64,000 nt of DNA, taken from contig CAVYPB010000024.1 in assembly GCA_963770305.1 (NCBI GenBank), positions 10,543 to 74,542 of the forward strand. The letters run 5' to 3'. Position 1 is the first letter of the stretch, and the number at the start of each line of letters is the position of its first letter. This document shows, piece by piece, positions 61,042-64,000 of this stretch. Position numbers and translations under genes: made by a program. The notes under the pieces are model-generated. The model worked only from the letters and a program-made list of their open reading frames with translations, had not been told where the DNA came from and did no database searches. This DNA is from an uncultured Actinomycetota bacterium. GTDB lineage: Bacteria; Actinomycetota; Actinomycetes; Mycobacteriales; Mycobacteriaceae.

Positions 61042-61992
61042 TTACCAGCCACGCTCGGCGAGCCGATGCGGGGCCGCGATGTCCTCCACGTTGATACCGA
61101 CCATCGCCTCCCCCAGGCCGCGCGACACCTTCGCCAGCACGTCGGGGTCGTCGTAGAACGTAGTGGCCTTGACGATCGCGGCGGCCCGCTGAGCGGGGTC
61201 ACCGGACTTGAAGATGCCCGAGCCGACGAACACGCCCTCGGCGCCGAGCTGCATCATCATCGCCGCGTCCGCTGGTGTCGCGATTCCGCCCGCGGTGAAC
61301 AACGTCACCGGCAGCTTGCCGGCCCGCGCGACTTCCACGACCAGATCGTAGGGGGCCTGCAAATCTTTTGCGGCGACAAACAATTCGTCCTCCGACAGCG
61401 ACGTCAACCGCCGGATCGCGCCGCCGATCTCGCGCATGTGGGTCGTGGCGTTGGACACGTCGCCGGTGCCGGCCTCGCCCTTGGAGCGGATCATCGCCGC
61501 GCCCTCGGTGATGCGGCGCAGCGCCTCGCCGAGGTTGGTCGCACCGCACACGAACGGCACGGTGAACTTCCACTTGTCGATGTGGTGGGTGTAGTCGGCC
61601 GGGGTGAGCACCTCGGACTCGTCGACGTAGTCGACGCCCAGGCTCTGCAGAATCTGCGCTTCCACGAAGTGCCCTATGCGGGCCTTGGCCATCACTGGGA
61701 TGGTGACCGCGGAGATGATGCCCTCGATGAGATCGGGATCGCTCATCCGCGCGACGCCGCCCTGCGAGCGGATGTCGGCGGGCACCCGCTCCAACGCCAT
61801 CACGGCCACCGCGCCTGCGCCCTCGGCGATGCGGGCCTGCTCCGGGGTGACGACGTCCATGATCACGCCGCCCTTGAGCATCTCGGCCATGCCGCGCTTG
61901 ACCCGGGCGGTCCCGGTCTGGGTCACCGACCCGTTGGTTCCAGGTGCGCTACTGATTCCCCGGTCGCTTCGCTCCTGCCCGCCGGTATCCAC
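61042..61992 (-). CDS. pdxS: Pyridoxal 5'-phosphate synthase lyase subunit
   Basis: GGAGGAG before GTG at 61992; [35 protein letters not shown]. Confidence 0.97.
   Translation of the reverse strand: MDTGGQERSDRGISSAPGTNGSVTQTGTARVKRGMAEMLKGGVIMDVVTPEQARIAEGAGAVAVMALERVPADIRSQGGVARMSDPDLIEGIISAVTIPVMAKARIGHFVEAQILQSLGVDYVDESEVLTPADYTHHIDKWKFTVPFVCGATNLGEALRRITEGAAMIRSKGEAGTGDVSNATTHMREIGGAIRRLTSLSEDELFVAAKDLQAPYDLVVEVARAGKLPVTLFTAGGIATPADAAMMMQLGAEGVFVGSGIFKSGDPAQRAAAIVKATTFYDDPDVLAKVSRGLGEAMVGINVEDIAAPHRLAERGW
61957..61985. repeat. REP/MIRU-like element in frame in the pdxS N-terminus
   Basis: Minus strand CCGGCGGGCAGGAGCGAAGCGACCGGGGA, encoding GGQERSDRG; recognised from memory as a mycobacterial dispersed repeat. 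Confidence 0.5.
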
Positions 61993-62059
61993 TGCTATCT
62001 CCTCCAGATCGCTACTGATCCAGTCTAAAGGTGGCGCCAAATGTGTTAAATCCGCAGCC

Positions 62060-63106
62060 TCAGCGAATCGACTGCAACTGCAGTTCGGGTGCACCACCCC
62101 GCCCATCGGCGAGCACATTCGCCTCGTTGAGAAGTTCGCCTAGCTGCAGGGGGTACACGGTTTCGCCCTTGGCGACCAGTTCACTGATCATTGTCGCATC
62201 GCACCAGCGGTGCCCATGGATGTAGGCCCGCTCCAGCCCGGTGCGGCCGGCCATCGACGGTTCGAACCGCCGGGTGCGGTGGATGAAGAACATCTCCTCG
62301 CTGCGGATGACCGAGCCGTTGAAGTCGATCACCGCGTCGCGCCGCCACACCGGTCCGATCATCTCGGCGGGATCGACGCGCAGCCCCGTCTCCTCCGCCA
62401 GCTCGCGCACCGCGGCCTGCGGCAGTGTCTCGCCCGCCTGCGCAGCACCCCCGACGGTGAACCACCAGAGTGGCGCTGGGCCGTCTGAGCCGTCCGGTAG
62501 TGCCGGATCCGACCCGCAGAACAACAGCACACAGCCGTCGTCGTCGAGCAGCACGATGCGCGCCGACGTCCGGCGGCTGACCAGACCCCCCTCACGCGGC
62601 GTTGTTTCTGCGCGTTCGGCGATCTCGAAATAGGTTGGCAGCGCGGCGGTTCCGCCGAGGCGAAGGATGCGCACCGCGGGCCGTTCCCGCAGCGCAAGGG
62701 TGTCGCGGACGGCGTCGTTGTGGAAACGGCGGGCCAGCATCACCCTCGCCTCCGCGTCGGCGAGTTCGGCGACCAACGCCACGGGCAGCGACGCGGGGGC
62801 GACGAGCGCCAGCGCCGCGGACAGCTCGTTTTCGGCGACCTCCCTGGCCGTTCGCGGTGCTCGCTCGGCGGCGTCGGCCAGGGCTGCGAGCCGTTTACCG
62901 TCCGGCCCGCCGCCGTATGCGTCGACGGCGACCGCTCGCGCCACCACCGCACGCCGGGCCAGCAGCCCGTCGAGGGCCTGCCACGACAGGTCGTAGCGCA
63001 CGTGCAGCCGGTCCAGCCGGTTGGCCGTCTGGAAGGCCCACAGGCCGACCAGTAGGAGCACCGCGACCAGCAGCGCCAGCGCAATGATCACGATCCACGT
63101 GATCAA
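62060..63106 (-). CDS. Membrane-anchored NUDIX hydrolase with a LemA-like N-terminal region (Rv2609c-like)
   Basis: N-terminal TM; ARRFHNDAV; Nudix box [23 protein letters not shown]. Confidence 0.92.
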   Translation of the reverse strand: MITWIVIIALALLVAVLLLVGLWAFQTANRLDRLHVRYDLSWQALDGLLARRAVVARAVAVDAYGGGPDGKRLAALADAAERAPRTAREVAENELSAALALVAPASLPVALVAELADAEARVMLARRFHNDAVRDTLALRERPAVRILRLGGTAALPTYFEIAERAETTPREGGLVSRRTSARIVLLDDDGCVLLFCGSDPALPDGSDGPAPLWWFTVGGAAQAGETLPQAAVRELAEETGLRVDPAEMIGPVWRRDAVIDFNGSVIRSEEMFFIHRTRRFEPSMAGRTGLERAYIHGHRWCDATMISELVAKGETVYPLQLGELLNEANVLADGRGGAPELQLQSIR

Positions 63107-64000
63107 CTACTTCCCCCGGTCGTCCCCCTGGCCTTCGGCCGGGCGGTGCCCCCTACGCTCTCCCCCTGCCCTCCGGGCGGGCGGTACCCCCAGCCCGCCG
63201 TTCCTGCCACCTGCACCTTCGCCCCAGCCCCGGCAACCGTCTCGTAGACCCGCATGATCTCCCGGGCCACGACCGACCAGTCGTAGCGCCGCACCGCCTC
63301 GGCGGCCGCGTCGACATAGCGCGAGCGGGCCATGTCGTCGTCCAGCACCTCCACCAGCCCCGCCGCCAGCGCCGCGGCGTCATCGACCGGCACCAGCCGC
63401 CCGGCCTTGCCGTCGACAAGCACCCGGCGGAATGCATCGAGATCGCTGGCCACCACCCCGGTGCCGGCCGCCATGGCCTCGACGAGCACGATGCCGAAGC
63501 TCTCGCCGCCGGTATTCGGGGCGCAGTACACGTCGGCGCTGCGCATCGCCGACGCCTTCTGACCGTCGTCGACCTGCCCGAGGAACCGCAGATGCCCGGC
63601 CAGTTTCCCGGCGTCCTCACGCAGTTCTTCCTCGTCGCCGCGGCCGACAATGAGGATCTCGACGTCACCGAACCGATTAACCAGGGTCGGCAACGCGCTC
63701 AGCAGCACGGCCATGCCCTTGCGGGACTCGTCGAAGCGGCCGAGGAATAGCACGGACTTGCCCGGGCGCGGGTAGCCGTCGAGCAGCGGCGCGTTCGCGA
63801 ATGACGCGACGTCCACGCCGTTGGGGATCTCGACGGCGTCGCTGCCGAGCGCCTCCATCTGCCACCGCCTCGCCAGGTCCGACACCGCGATGCGACCGAC
63901 GATCTTCTCGTGCATCGGCCGCAGCAGCGGCTCAAACACACTGAGCGTCAACGACTTTGTGGTCGACGTGTGGAACGTCGCGACGATCGGGCCCTCCGCG
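63103..64000 (-). CDS. pimA: GDP-mannose-dependent phosphatidylinositol mannosyltransferase PimA (5' part outside the window)
   Basis: GPIVATFHTSTTKSLTLS, FLGRFDESRKG, GGESFGIVLVEAMAAG. Confidence 0.95.
   Translation of the reverse strand, partial: AEGPIVATFHTSTTKSLTLSVFEPLLRPMHEKIVGRIAVSDLARRWQMEALGSDAVEIPNGVDVASFANAPLLDGYPRPGKSVLFLGRFDESRKGMAVLLSALPTLVNRFGDVEILIVGRGDEEELREDAGKLAGHLRFLGQVDDGQKASAMRSADVYCAPNTGGESFGIVLVEAMAAGTGVVASDLDAFRRVLVDGKAGRLVPVDDAAALAAGLVEVLDDDMARSRYVDAAAEAVRRYDWSVVAREIMRVYETVAGAGAKVQVAGTAGWGYRPPGGQGESVGGTARPKARGTTGGSS
63113..63191. repeat. Tandem GC-rich dispersed repeat in frame in the pimA 3' end
   Basis: Coding strand has GGGGGTACCGCCC-GCCCGGAGGGC-AGGGGGA and GGGGGCACCGCCC-GGCCGAAGGCC-AGGGGGA; five G5 runs in 79 bp. 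Confidence 0.75.

Noticed and set aside
60376-62028. 550-aa plus-strand ORF across tesB/pdxS
   Set aside because: Antisense shadow; no family features.
62060-63106. LemA-like plus NUDIX arrangement as a novel fusion
   Set aside because: Length and position match the known Rv2609c architecture.
1-64000. Sequencing error as the cause of the frameshifts
   Set aside because: All core genes (over 25 kb) are intact and the indels cluster in accessory genes that also carry deletions; this argues against random error but needs raw reads to exclude it.
1-64000. tRNA, rRNA, riboswitch or IS element
   Set aside because: None recognised by eye; tRNAscan, Infernal and ISEScan runs would be needed to exclude small or divergent ones.

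Overview
High-GC actinobacterial chromosome, most likely a rapidly growing Mycobacterium/Mycolicibacterium (inferred from gene order and protein recognition, not from a search). The backbone follows the M. tuberculosis Rv2578c-Rv2610c order: SOS radical-SAM gene, dhaA, hisS, MBL hydrolase, ppiB, rel, apt, ABC substrate-binding lipoprotein, secF, secD, yajC, gabT, car/fadD9, ruvBAC, yebC, pdxT, tesB, pdxS, NUDIX, pimA. These core genes are intact. Accessory blocks lie between them (about 0-9, 11.6-22, 25.9-26.5, 34.8-35.3, 36.8-42.9, 46.5-48.7 and 50.9-59.6 kb) and several are decaying through deletions and frameshifts. The most striking accessory theme is a family of class III nucleotide cyclase-NTPase genes. 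There is one full-length zinc ribbon-cyclase-AAA-helical gene, two truncated 5' copies that share a 74-bp non-coding leader better conserved than their coding sequence, one orphan 3' tail, and a separate Rv0386-like cyclase-NB-ARC-LuxR gene. Other points of interest: a lone phage-repressor-like gene beside a phage-like ORF with no integrase, a 94-aa P450-like fragment with its own RBS, a permease with a Cys/His tail, two genes with paired compensating frameshifts, several readable operators including two LexA boxes, and REP/MIRU-like repeats at or inside core-gene termini. I saw no rRNA, tRNA, CRISPR array, transposase or integrase. All assignments were made by eye; start codons were refined manually from the ORF track.
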